Origin: Antechinus flavipes
Lineage: Eukaryota
Reading direction: 5' to 3'
DNA: 64,000 bases
Assembly: GCF_016432865.1 (NCBI RefSeq)
Contig: NC_067398.1
Location: 6,262,001 to 6,326,000, forward strand
The notes beneath the pieces are model-generated. The model saw only the letters and a list, made by a program, of their open reading frames with translations, was not told where the DNA came from and did not search any database. Position numbers and translations under genes: made by a program. This document shows positions 12,570 through 24,016 of this stretch, piece after piece. How positions within the stretch are numbered: position 1 is the stretch's first letter; every line of letters begins with the position of its first letter.

Positions 12570-12700
12570 ACACTGGAAAAACCAGTCACTTGCTGATGTA
12601 ATGCTAACTAACCAATCCCAAACAAAGCCCCAGCCCTCTTCAGTTTGAGTGGTACCAATGTGTGAGTGTACAAATCAGCAGTCTGGTATAAAGCTTCCCA
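12570..12700 (+). promoter_or_regulatory. INHBA proximal promoter: NFAT-like GGAAAA (12575-12580), CRE/ATF-like TGATGTAAT (12594-12602), CCAAT boxes (12612-12616, 12655-12659), TATAAA (12687-12692)
   Basis: Motifs read directly in canonical order and spacing upstream of the non-coding exon. Confidence 0.72.
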
Positions 12701-12783
12701 TTAGGAATACTACCAAGAAGCTCTTGCCTTCCTCTATCCCCATTCAAGGAGAGTGTGCTGGTGGGAGCCCCGCAAACAACAAG
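12680..12783 (+). other. INHBA: Non-coding 5' exon of INHBA (start approximate; TSS probably ~12715 if TATAAA is used)
   Basis: AGTCTGGTATAAAGCTTCCCATTAGGAATACTACCAAGAAGCTC...GCTGGTGGGAG...ACAAG|GTAAAG resembles the human INHBA first exon as I recall it (AGTACAGTATAAAACTTCACAGTGCCAATACC...GCTGGTGGAAG...GAAAG). Donor AAG|GTAAAG at 12783/12784, ~3 kb upstream of the ATG. Confidence 0.75.
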
Positions 12784-15496
12784 GTAAAGAAATCTTTCCA
12801 ACTTTTTCTAGAGGGCCTGTATGTACCATTTACCAAATGCAAAGCTCCTTGGTTACTGCTGTGTCTGTGTGGGCTGGGGAGGAGGGAGCCTTGCAGGTTA
12901 CTGAGGAGGTTTGCAGGAAGGGCTGGGATGGGGGCTCCAGGTCCATCCAGCAGGCTGATGCTGAGTCTGCAGTGGACCCCAGACAAGGTATCCTAAAACC
13001 TGGCTTCTCTCGCACATCTCAGTCAGCATCCACACATGAAGAAATGCACATGGGAGAGGAGAAGATTTTTTTTTTTCCGTTCAGACTCACATTCATAAAC
13101 AATAAATCCAGGGAACACCCACCCACCCACAGACACCTATGGTAGGCCAAGTCACGAGAAGGGTTGATGTGGGGCTGCTGCAAACAGGACTTATTTCCAC
13201 TCCCTTCTGCTTAGCCCTTCCTGGCTTTCCTGCAGTCACTTAAACTTTTAGTACTCTTTCGGAATCACTTGTAAAACTTAATTGAATTACAATATGTTTG
13301 GGGCTTGTGTTTACGAGATTCCAAATATTTAAGTATATCATCTGAAGGATTATATTACACATATATGTTTAAGAGGGGAGGACAGTGCAACTGCCTTCTC
13401 TCCCCCTTCCATCCCCCCCCAAAAAAAAAGGCAGGAGTGAGGGAGTGCTTGACACATCCTGAGCAGTAACGAGGTCATAACTGAGCTTAGCAGATCTCAA
13501 AGCACAAATGCAAGAGGGTGTTAATGGCAAGGAATGCCTTATAAAGCGTGATTCTGGAAAGAGTGGGCACTATAGGAACTGCATCACACATTGTTGATTG
13601 TTCATTTACCTCTCTTATTTTAACTTGTTTCCACAATTACCTCCCATCCCTCCGTGCTCAGATATTATGCCCTCATTGTTTAAGGGAATCAGAAAGTCTA
13701 TGGGGGTGAGCTTTAGAAATGATTATTTTTTTCGACCACAACGATGATGCTGAACTGTAATGTACTGTACACACTGGGTGCCAACATATAAGCCGACTAC
13801 CGAAATAGAAAGGGTTTCTGTGTGGGAGAGGGAAGCCCACAGAGAGGCAGGTAGGGGGAGCTTTCATAGATAGACACCTTAAAGAAACTTCTGCAGGATA
13901 AAAGAGAGGGGCAGAATCTAGACAATAAGGGGGAAGCAGCACAGTGCCAAAGAGGACCCTCCTGGAAAGGCACTATTTAAAAAGTCTGCTTTGTCTTTCA
14001 TTTGGAAAAGGGCATGAAAACACATTAAAAAAGATTTCTCTTGCATCTTTTCTCTGAGCAAAAAAAAAAAAAAACACTAAAAGACAGAACCCATTAAAGA
14101 ACTGGGAGACAGGGGGATCCAAGTTCAAGGGGAGTCACATGATGAAGTTAAACCATCCCACAATTTACCTCTTAGATTGGTTTTCCTACAGAACTGATCA
14201 GTCAGAGACAAGAGTGCCCAGTGTGCATAAAATAAAGTGAGGAAGGAAGAGCAAAGGAGTTTGGGGTTGGATCTGTGAATNNNNNNNNNNNNNNNNNNNN
14301 NNNNNNNNNNNNNNNNNNNNNNNNNNNNNNNNNNNNNNNNNNNNNNNNNNNNNNNNNNNNNNNNNNNNNNNNNNNNNNNNNNNNNNNNNNNNNNNNNNNN
14401 NNNNNNNNNNNNNNCAAACAGTAGGCAGTCCTGTACATGTCACATTAAGATATTCTTCCCACTCTAGCCTCCTCTTTCTCCTCTCTTTCCTCTCTCTTTC
14501 TTCCTCAATCTCTGCCTCTCTCTGTCTCTCTGAGTCTGTCTCTGGCTCTCACTATCTAGATGCATTTTTGTAATTGAGAAATGTGTACTATATTCTGACC
14601 CCCAAACAAAAGTATTGTTCCTCCCTTGCCTTCAGATCCCTTGCCAGTGTTGATAATCTTGGACATTTAAATGTGAATGAATAGGAGAGAGGAACACCAT
14701 CCTTTCAGTTGCATTCAGGGTCCAGCTCCCTTCCCCCTCCTCCATGCCCTAGCTCCCTACTTCCCCCATTGATGCTTCCATCCCTCTTTTGGTCTCAACC
14801 CCTCTCACCTTCAATGCCAGGTGACCGTCCAAGGTTTAACAAGGGGATAGTTTCCTCCAATACAGTTGGTTTTGCTTCTTTAAACTTTTTTTTTAATTAA
14901 AAAAAAAACAGGAGGGAGAGGTAGAAGAGAGAAAAGGGAGGGCACTGGGAGCAAGATCCCCCTCCCTTTATAATAGGGAGAGTAAACTATATATATACAT
15001 ACATATATTATGAGAATGGTGGTATTTGAAGAGAGGTGTGCGTTAGGGAGCAAGGATCATAAGGAAGGCAGCCTGTCAGAATCTGGGCTGTTCCTCCCCC
15101 TCCCTATTCATACATAGCCTTTACTCACAGACAAAACTCCCTCCCTCTCTCATTCACTCACTCACNNNNNNNNNNNNNNNNNNNNNNNNNNNNNNNNNNN
15201 NNNNNNNNNNNNNNNNNNNNNNNNNNNNNNNNNNNNNNNNNNNNNNNNNNNNNNNNNNNNNNNNNNNNNNNNNNNNNNNNNNNNNNNNNNNNNNNNNNNN
15301 NNNNNNNNNNNNNNNNNNNNNNNNNNNNNNNNNNNNNNNNNNNNNNNNNNNNNNNNNNNNNNNNNNNNNNNNNNNNNNNNNNNNNNNNNNNNNNNNNNNN
15401 NNNNNNNNNNNNNNNNNNNNNNNNNNNNNNNNNNNNNNNNNNNNNNNNNNNNNNNNNNNNNNNNNNNNNNNNNNNNNNNNNNNNNNNNNNNNNNNN

Positions 15497-15794
15497 GCAC
15501 TTACTGCATTCGGAGAGGGAANNNNNNNNNNNNNNNNNNNNNNNNNNNNNNNNNNNNNNNNNNNNNNNNNNNNNNNNNNNNNNNNNNNNNNNNNNNNNNN
15601 NNNNNNNNNNNNNNNNNNNNNNNNNNNNNNNNNNNNNNNNNNNNNNNNNNNNNNNNNNNNGAGAGAGAGAGCGAGAGAGAGAGCAAGCGAGCGAGCGAGC
15701 GAGCAAGCAACCCCAGCCCACTGCCTGCCGGAGGGAGGGGGTCAGCTCCCCGGGCTTTTAAAACCAGCCTAGCCCCCCAGCTCGGGCGGCCAGC
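15497..15794 (+). other. INHBA: 5' UTR part of the first coding exon (GA/GCGA repeats; 5' boundary hidden by N gaps)
   Basis: GGGCTTTTAAAACCAG before the ATG resembles the recalled human GGGCCTTTTAAAAAGG UTR. The 25-nt island 15497-15521 loosely resembles the start of the human exon. The acceptor may lie in gap 15166-15496; an alternative is CTTTACTCACAG| at 15130. Confidence 0.55.
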
Positions 15795-17900
15795 ATGCCT
15801 GGGCTCTCGCTGAGAGGCTTTCTTTTGGCGCTCTGCTGGATCCGAGTCAGGAGCTCCCCTACGCCGGGCTCGGAGGGCGCCAGCTCCGGCCCCGTCCCGG
15901 AGTGCCCGTCCTGTGCCCTCAGCAGCCTGCCCAAGGAGATCCCCAGCTCGCAGCCGGAGATGGTGGAAGCCGTCAAGAAGCACATCCTCAACATGCTGCA
16001 CTTGAAGAAGCGACCCGACGTCACCCAGCCGGTGCCCAAGGCGGCCTTGCTCAATGCCATCAAAAAACTGCATGTTGGCAAGGTGGGTGAGAACGGGTAC
16101 GTGGAGATCGAGGACGACATCGGGCGCCGGGCAGAGATGAATGAGCTCCTGGAGCAGACCTCCGAGATCATCACCTTCGCCGAGTCAGGTGGGTGCCTGC
16201 CGCTTCGCCCCCGTGGCTCCCCACCCGCACCGCGCTGCACTTGCGATGGGTGCCCTCCCCTCGGCTCCGGCACTCCCGGACTGGGCAGGAAGGCAGGCTG
16301 GCAGGGATGGGTGGCTGGGGCACGGAGCGGCGCGGGACCCGCGGGCTGCATCGCTTGCCGCCCTCGGCCCTGGCTGGGCAGGAGGGGAGAGGCGGCCCGG
16401 GCGCGGGACCGAGCGGGACCCCGAGAGGGCTGCATCGGTCGCCCGCTTTAGCCCGGGCTGGGTAGCCCGGGCACAGTTCGGGGCAGAAGCTCCAGGCTGG
16501 ATCTGCCTCTGCCCTTGGCGCCTGGGCAGACGGGAAGGGGCGAGCGGCCTGGGCACGGAATTGGGAGCTGTGTGGGCAGCATCATCGACTGCTCTCGGTA
16601 GTGGCTCGGAGCCCGGGAGCCGGAGGTGGGCAGCCTGGGCACAGAGCTGGCCAGGCCGTGGGGCTGCCTCGGCTGGGGCTGCTCCGGGATCTGAGGTGTA
16701 AACGCGCGCTTACGCTGCCGAACTCGGACAACCCCGACGGGGGTGGGAGGTAGGGGTGGGTGGCGGGGAGGATGTCTTTGACCAGCTTTCCAGAGCCCAA
16801 AGTCGGGCGGGCTTCCTGCTCGCGCTGGGTGCCTGGAACGGTGGGGAGACGGGACTGCTCGGTTCCCGCTCCCGGCTTGTCGGTCCGGGGGGAGCGGGGT
16901 GGGGGCCAGCCCGGGCCAGCGGGAGCTGGGGGCACAGAGCTCCGGAGCCGCGCCGCTGGGGGCCCGGGCCCCAAACTCCGGCCATTGCGTCCTTATGGCT
17001 TTATTTTTGTTTTCTGCGGGGGGGTGGGAGGGGGGAGAGAAAGAAAGGAAGAGGGAAAGAACTGTTTGAAAGCGGAGATGCCGCCGCAGCGGGCGGGCTG
17101 GGCTGCAGGGCGGCAGAGCCCGGGATGCTGCAGGCCGGCAGGCCGGCCAGACGGAGCGGGACGGCCAGCCAGAGGCCGCAGGGCCAGACGGCAGGGCGCT
17201 CCGTTCGGATCTCTCCGGAGCTGCCTCCCGGGAGCACACACACCCTGGGCGTTAGCTGGGAGGACTGGGGGCAGGCGCACTTGCTGTCAGCTCCCTCTGA
17301 GCTGGCATTCACATGGGTAACATTTGTAACACTGACTTTTGCCCTCTGAACCAAAAAAAGAAAGCCGGGAAAAAAGAGGCTTGTTCTGGGGCAGTTTCGG
17401 AGAGGCCGCCCCCTGCCAAGGAATGCAACCTTGCTGGCCGCTCGCGCAAGCCTTCGGGCCCCTGTTCCCGGGGCCCCGAGAGGCAGCGCTGTGGCGGGGC
17501 GCGCGGGGGCTCCCCGTGCCTGCTTGCCCGAAAGGGGCCGTGAGGGCGGCGGAGCAGCCGGGCCCGGCCGAGCCCATCTAGAGAGGGAGCATTTGGGGGC
17601 GGGAGCCCACCAGGCCGAGGGCTTTTCCCCACCCCCGGGCCCCTGGCCCCGCTGCTGCGTGGGGCCTGTGGTCGGCAAAGGGGCCCCGACCACTTGGGAG
17701 AAGCTGGCCGCGGCCGGCACCGCGATCCGGGCCATATTTAAGACTCTGCGGCCCCGAAAACCTGTTGACTCCGAGGTCCTTTTGCAAGAAAGAAGTGCCA
17801 GGTCAGGAAGTGTCCCGTCCCCCTGCCAGCCGCCTTCCCCTGCCCTCGGGCAGGCCAGGCCGGCATCCCACATTCCCCAGTGCTGGCTCTCCAGACTTGG
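15660..17900. promoter_or_regulatory. CpG island over coding exon 1 and the 5' intron
   Basis: Visibly very GC-rich with dense CpG (ccgggc, gcgcgg, cgccgc) compared with the AT-rich flanks; not computed. Confidence 0.8.
15795..16188 (+). CDS. INHBA: Inhibin beta A chain (activin A precursor), coding exon 1: signal peptide and N-terminal prodomain (131 codons + 1 nt, phase 1)
   Basis: ATG at 15795 in gccagcATGc context (A at -3). Translation MPGLSLRGFLLALCWIRVRSSPTPGSEG...CPSCAL...QPEMVEAVKKHILNMLHLKKRPDVTQPVPKAALLNAIKKLHVGKVGENGYVEIEDDIGRRAEMNELLEQTSEIITFAES matches the INHBA N-terminus. Donor CAG|GTGGGT at 16188/16189 is the conserved FAES-G intron position. Confidence 0.98.
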
Positions 17901-20900
17901 AGGGGCTTGGGACTCCCACAATTCTTTTCGACCTGATGAATCTGGGGGCAAGGACTCAGTGTACACCCCCCTAAGTCATGTCACTGCCCGCCTAGGGCCC
18001 TTGGCACGCAAATGTGCTGGATAGTTTTCTGGGGCTGCTATGGCACCTGCCTCTTGACTCCTGTACCTTCTCAGCAGTGGGCTTTAGCCTGGGGTGCCAC
18101 AGGGCCAATGGCAACTGTACCTTTGACCATCAGCCCACTGACCATTCTCTTTACCCCCAAGAGGGGCTGCTAGCCTCTAAACTGAGACAAATGGGGGGGG
18201 GGAGAGCATTGCAGCTCCTGGAGCGGTCTCTGGCTGGGACATCAGCAGGGACATCATCCCCCCTTCACTCTGCTGGGGTCCACCCTCTCTCACTCTTCTG
18301 CCTCTTCCTTTCCAAAATAAAAGCAAGACTGCTTTTCTCTCGGATTCCCAGCAGGCCTTGCCTTCACTACCTGCTAAGCAGTTAGTTTGAGGGAACTAGA
18401 GCCATCTTATTAAGGAGTTAAATGAATCCCACATTGTCCAGAGTGGAACCTCGCAATCGAAAGCACACTCACCTTCTTGGTGAGATAGAAATAGTGGGGC
18501 TCTGGGAACAGGCCTGTGGCAAAGATTTGGGGTTTTCTTTGGAACTATCCTCCCCCTATAAGAATAAGAGCATTTCATCATCTTCCAATAGGGTAAACTT
18601 TACCACCAAAGAAGGAAGTGAGCTCCACAGGAGGAGTTCTTAACCTGAGCTGGGAGAACTTTTTTTTTTTTTTTAAACTTTGTTAACTGTATTTCAATAT
18701 CATTGGTTTCTTTTGTATTCCTCTAGTTTTATGTATTTGGGAACATGACTGGTTTTGCCAGACTGCCAAAGGGCTCCATCTGACCTAGGTTAGGATCCTG
18801 AGCCAGTGGATTGGCCAGGACCTGTTGCCCCTGTGAGCTGATGATCATAGAGTAGAAAATCTATAGGCAGATGAGACTTACTGAACAGTGTCGCCTAAAT
18901 AACATCCTTCAGGATCTCCAGAGCCAGCCAGGTCTTTTTTGCTAAAATATTGTCTATAATGCAAATCTGAGGCAAGGGAATAATGGCCTGCAGCACACCC
19001 ATGTTTGCCATGTCTTTGTCATGTGCTTCTAGGGCCCAGCCAAGGCAGAGGGGTGCCATGGGCAGGACTCAGAAGCCCCCATGCCGGGGCCTAGTCAGCT
19101 CAATGTCATTCTTGGCAGGTGGAGGGCTTTCTCCAGGCTTTCTCCAGGCTTTCTTTCCAATCATGGGTTTTTTTTTTTTTAAGTGAATGACAAGCAGGAG
19201 AGGGACAACTGTGCTGATCTAGCCCCTCCATCCCCATTTCTTCCATTCAGTAAAATAGAAATGTTGTCCCCTTACTGATCAACCAGAATTAGATCTGGAG
19301 CTTGGGGAGCTCTCAGGATGGCTCTGGATCCTCCCCCCACAGCAGAGATGGCCTCCTGGGATTGTCCTGTTTTCAGAGAGCAGGTAGAGAGAGGGAAAGG
19401 GTGGGGGGGGGGCAGCCTCACTCAGCCTGGCAGGTGGCTCCTTCTAGTTTTGCAAATGTTGCTATGGGGGGGGGGGGAGAGACGGGGGCAATGGGGTTGT
19501 TTTATTAAAGAAGGGAACTTCTTACTCAGTGAACTGTTAAGCTTTGGGATCCTGCCCAGGCCAGAGGATGAGGCTGGCAACTTTGCTAGCAACCAGCTAG
19601 GTGACCGGCTCAGAGCAGCCCCCAGGCAGCAGGGAGGAGGAGGAGGGGAGAGATAACCAGGAAGGAAAAGAGGAGAAATCTGAAACCTCGGGGCTGGAGA
19701 AAGTGCGGAGAAAGCTGCAGGAGGAGGTCCCTGCAATCCTGGGGCCTGGAGGGTATTGTTTGCCGAGGGATTGGGGGAGGTTCGAGCCACTGATTGATTC
19801 CTTACCTAGAGACACAACCTCTGTCTGGGGATCGGGCTGTGCTGGGCTAAGAGCAGGAACGCAGGCAGTGGGGATGCTGTCAGCCGGAGGGGCCGCCCGG
19901 CTGTGGGGGTCGGTCGCCCTAGGACGGGGGACGGGCCACAAGAGGGCGCCTCGCAAAGACTTTTCGCAGCGTGCTCCTTAGCAACTTGGCCTCCGAGCCC
20001 CGGGAGTCTCGCTGCCAGATGGGCAGAGGGCTGAGGTTTGGGGCATGATTTGTGCCCCCCCCAAAGTGGGGGCCGCGGCACGGCGGGGGCTAGAACTCCA
20101 CCAGTCCCAGCCCGTCACCACTAAGAAGGCGAGTGCCGAGACCCCGGGTTGGGTCCCCCTGCAGTGCGGGGGACGCCGGGGAGAGGAGCCCCACAGGCCG
20201 TGGTGAGGAGGGAGAGGCCGGGCAATGACCAGGTCTCGCTGGGAAAACCAAAGCAAGCGGAGAAGCCGAGAAGTGGGACCTAATGGTCAAAGGCACCGGC
20301 TTGCCCCAGAAATAGCTGCCTCCCTGCTCTGGCTTGCTGCAGATTCCCTGGCAGGTTCCAGCAGTTTCCCAAGTGTCATAAACAATAGTGAATGACTCTA
20401 AAGGGGAGTGAGTGTGTGCCCATGCATATGCAAAGGGATTTATTTAGCAGCTTGCGGGAGCTTGGTCTGGGTTCATTGTTTGGAGCTACTATCATTTCTA
20501 CCATGGCACCTCCCACCCTCTCACCTCTTCATTAATCGGCGGCGCCCCGGGTACCCCGTGGCCAATGACAGCGCCTCGGACCCCTGGGGAGTTAGTCCTG
20601 GCCCCTTTGGGGAAGTTGGGGAAGAGCCTGAACTCCTTGGAAGAGGAGGGAAAGGGGAAGAAAAGGCAGCATCAGAAATGGAGTCACCTTTTGTGACTCT
20701 CAGGAGAGAAAGATAGCTAATCAATCAGACTGATAGANNNNNNNNNNNNNNNNNNNNNNNNNNNNNNNNNNNNNNNNNNNNNNNNNNNNNNNNNNNNNNN
20801 NNNNNNNNNNNNNNNNNNNNNNNNNNNNNNNNNNNNNNNNNNNNNNNNNNNNNNNNNNNNNNNNNNNNNNNNNNNNNNNNNNNNNNNNNNNNNNNNNNNN

Positions 20901-22279
20901 NNNNNNNNNNNNNNNNNNNNNNNNNNNNNNNNNNNNNGTATAACGTGTATAACCATGCTCTGCCTCTGTGCATTTGGGAAGATGAGTGCCATGCCTTTCT
21001 AGCAACTTCTTGGAAAATGGTGGCTGTCACTGTGGCCAGGGCCGCGTCCTGATTCAGAGCACTTTACATCCCAAAGACAAAAGCCCTCCTAACTGAGATA
21101 CTTCGGGAAAATCTCAGACTTCAGCATTTGCGGAAGCCACTAAGGAGGATCAGCTTTTTAAAGTTAGGAATTCCTCTTGCTAGGAGTTGGGGGAAGGGGG
21201 GATACTCAGGGAGGGGACTTCCTCCTGCCTCACCTATCATTTCCCTTCTCCCTATCAATTTTCAAAGCCAGATCTTGGAGAATCTCAGTCTTTCCAGGAA
21301 GAACAAGGGCTTAAGTTTGCAGGATCAATAAGCCTTTGCAGGTGCCCTTGAGGACTCCCCACACCCCTATTCTGGTCTTCTTGGGAGGGGATTTGAAGTG
21401 CCCATCTTGTGAGGGACTTCAGGGTTGCAGTTGGCTCCGTGAAGGGCTCACTCTCTGTAAATGGTAATTTTGTGGCCCCTGGTACAACTACTCACTAACT
21501 AGGAGCCCCAGGAGGGAATGCCTGTGGGAGAGGACTTTCTTTGATTTTCCTTTTCTCTTCCATATGAGTTTAAATCTTCTATATAAATGACAAGAACCCA
21601 GGACCCCCCCTCCCAGTCACCCTAGAAACTCAAGAGCTACAATGATGAAGGAAAGCTGGTAGCTTTTCTCCCCCTTGTCCCAGTTATAGCATCATAAGGG
21701 TCAGAGAAGAAGGATGTAAAGCCCTTTGAAAACACGTGCAGGCTGGTGGTCACCGCTGCCGCTGCTGCTGTCGTTTCTTGGCTTGACTGGGATTTTCTCC
21801 GGGAAGTTTCTCCCAGTGTGGAGATTCCCTACACTGACAAGTGTGGTCAGCTCCCCCAAAGCTTAGGGTCTTCAGGATGTGCTTGGGAGCCATTGAGCAT
21901 TTTGGGTATCGTGCTGAGGACCCAAAGGGACTTGAGAAAGCCCCATTGGGGAAAGGCTGAGCTAAAGGGACCCTCACTCCAAAGTCTATGGCCCCTCAGC
22001 ACACCCCACAGTCTCTGCTCCTGTGATTCCCACTGTTCATTGTAGCCTTTTTTCTCAATGGATTTCAGATGGAAAAGGTCCTGGAACTGGTTGCTATTCT
22101 GCGTGTGTTATTTTATGCTTAATGTTTGGCAGACTGTCGCACACTTGGATAAAATAATTGTTTATTATGATGATTATCTAGCTCTCATTTCTATTATTAA
22201 CTTTATGATTTTTTGAGTGGACCTCTGTGGCACAACAGGGACGTGGATAGGTTAGTGCCCATGGGAGCAGAGGCGAGTC

Positions 22280-22410
22280 TCCTGGCCTCTCTGCCTCAGT
22301 TTCTTCATCTGTAATATGGGAAGGATAATAACACCTACCTCCTTGAGCTGTGAGCCTCCAGTGGGATGAACAGGCTCAAGCGCCTGTGGAAATGCTAGTT
22401 ATTATTATCC
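22280..22410 (+). mobile_element. MIR SINE fragment in the intron
   Basis: ctctctgcctcagtttcttcatctgtaatatgggaaggataataacacctacctc. Confidence 0.7.
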
Positions 22411-23654
22411 ACGGTTCCCACAGACTGGGTGACCACTGTGAGACCCCGAGTTCCCTCATTTGTAGAATGAGAAAATGGATTTTCTCAGGTCCCTTGTAGC
22501 CTCTCAGTCTAGAAGCCCAAGATTATATGTGAGTAGGGAGCTACCAGGAGGCATTTAAAAAACTCAGTGCTTTGTAGCCTTAGAAAGCTGCCCCCGGGGC
22601 ACGGAAACAGTCGGGTGGCTTGTCCCGGGTTCTCCTTCCTCTGATCCTTAAGCAGCAGGGGGGTCTAAGGCCGAGAGCTGCCCTAGAAGCCAAGATCTGG
22701 ATTCAAGTCCTGCCTCTGTGACGCTGTGGGACCCTGGTGGGGTGGGAGGAGGGGAATCCAGCTGGTGAAGTTCATTGGATAGCTGGGCAGCGGCCTCTCT
22801 CTAGCTCTGCCTCCCTGAACCGCAGTGATGGGGGGAGGCTGGCAGGGAGGGCTCCCCCCAGCTGTTCCCGACGCCCCCGCCCCTCCCATCCTCTACCCCT
22901 CGGTCTGGACCCCCTTCAGCCCGGGAGTGGGCACCCGGGCCTGGGTCCCGGGCTGACTTCCTTCCCTGAGAACGCCCAGAGCGGCAGCCAGCTCCCCTCC
23001 CCCCACCTCCCCTGCGTGGGTCTCCCTGCCTAGTGACTCAGTCGGTGGCAGAGATGAGCAGAGCAGGCTCGGGAGGAAGGAGGATGGCCCGCCTTCCAGA
23101 GCAGCCGGGGCCAGGGGAAAAAATAGCAGAAGTAGTGAGGAGAGGAAGCTGATGGAGAGTGGGCACCTGAAGGGAGGCCCGGGCCAACCCAGGGCCCAGA
23201 TCACTGCTCTCAGGNNNNNNNNNNNNNNNNNNNNNNNNNNNNNNNNNNNNNNNNNNNNNNNNNNNNNNNNNNNNNNNNNNNNNNNNNNNNNNNNNNNNNN
23301 NNNNNNNNNNNNNNNNNNNNNNNNNNNNNNNNNNNNNNNNNNNNNNNNNNNNNNNNNNNNNNNNAGGAGGGGGGAGAAGGAGGGAGAGGAGGGACCTGGG
23401 AGTAGGAATATTCTCCCTTCCTCCCTCCCACCTGGGTGTGCTCAGGCCCGATTTGGGCTTGTGGGCCCGGAAAGGCTGTGCTGAGGCTGCCCAGAAAGAG
23501 TCCTGGGCTCATCCGAGGTTGGCAGAGGTGGGATTGGGAGTTGGATTAGAAGAGAAAAGGATAAAGGAAGAGAGCTTCCAGGCATTTGCTGGGCTGCTGA
23601 GACTCCAGCAGGCTGCTTGGGCCATTTTGTCTTTTAATACATTAACAATATCAA

Positions 23655-24016
23655 AAGGGTTTCTCCCTCCCTCCTCCTCCCTCCTTCTCTCCCTCTCTTC
23701 CTCCCTCCTTCTTCCCCCCTCTTTCTATCCCCCTCCCTCCACCTTTCTCTTTTTCCCTCCCTTCCTCATCTAACCCCTTTTGTTCCTCTCTGCACATTCC
23801 TCCTTCTCTCCCTGTCCTTTCTCCCTCTCTCCCTCCTTCTCTCTCTTTCTCCCTCCCCTTTTCTCTTTATATTGCTCTCCCTTTCTCTTTCCTTTTCCCC
23901 TCTCACCTCCTCTGTTCCCCCCCTCTCCCTTTCTCTCTCCCCCTCTCAATCTCTCCATTTATCTCTATATCTCTCTTCCTTTCCCTCTCCCTTCCCCCTC
24001 TAATCCTTTTTATTCC
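23655..24016. repeat. ~360-bp almost pure polypyrimidine (TC/TCC) tract running into a gap
   Basis: Seen directly. Confidence 0.9.

Noticed and set aside
16189-16451. Extension of the 218-aa ORF (15795-16451) beyond FAES
   Set aside because: Read-through into the intron past the conserved donor; the sequence loses INHBA similarity at that point.
15501-18024. Many long overlapping ORFs (190-321 aa) on both strands in the CpG island, e.g. 17001-17966 and 16448-17239
   Set aside because: Pro/Gly/Ala/Arg-rich with no domain; expected from stop-codon scarcity in very GC-rich DNA or as antisense shadows of the CDS.
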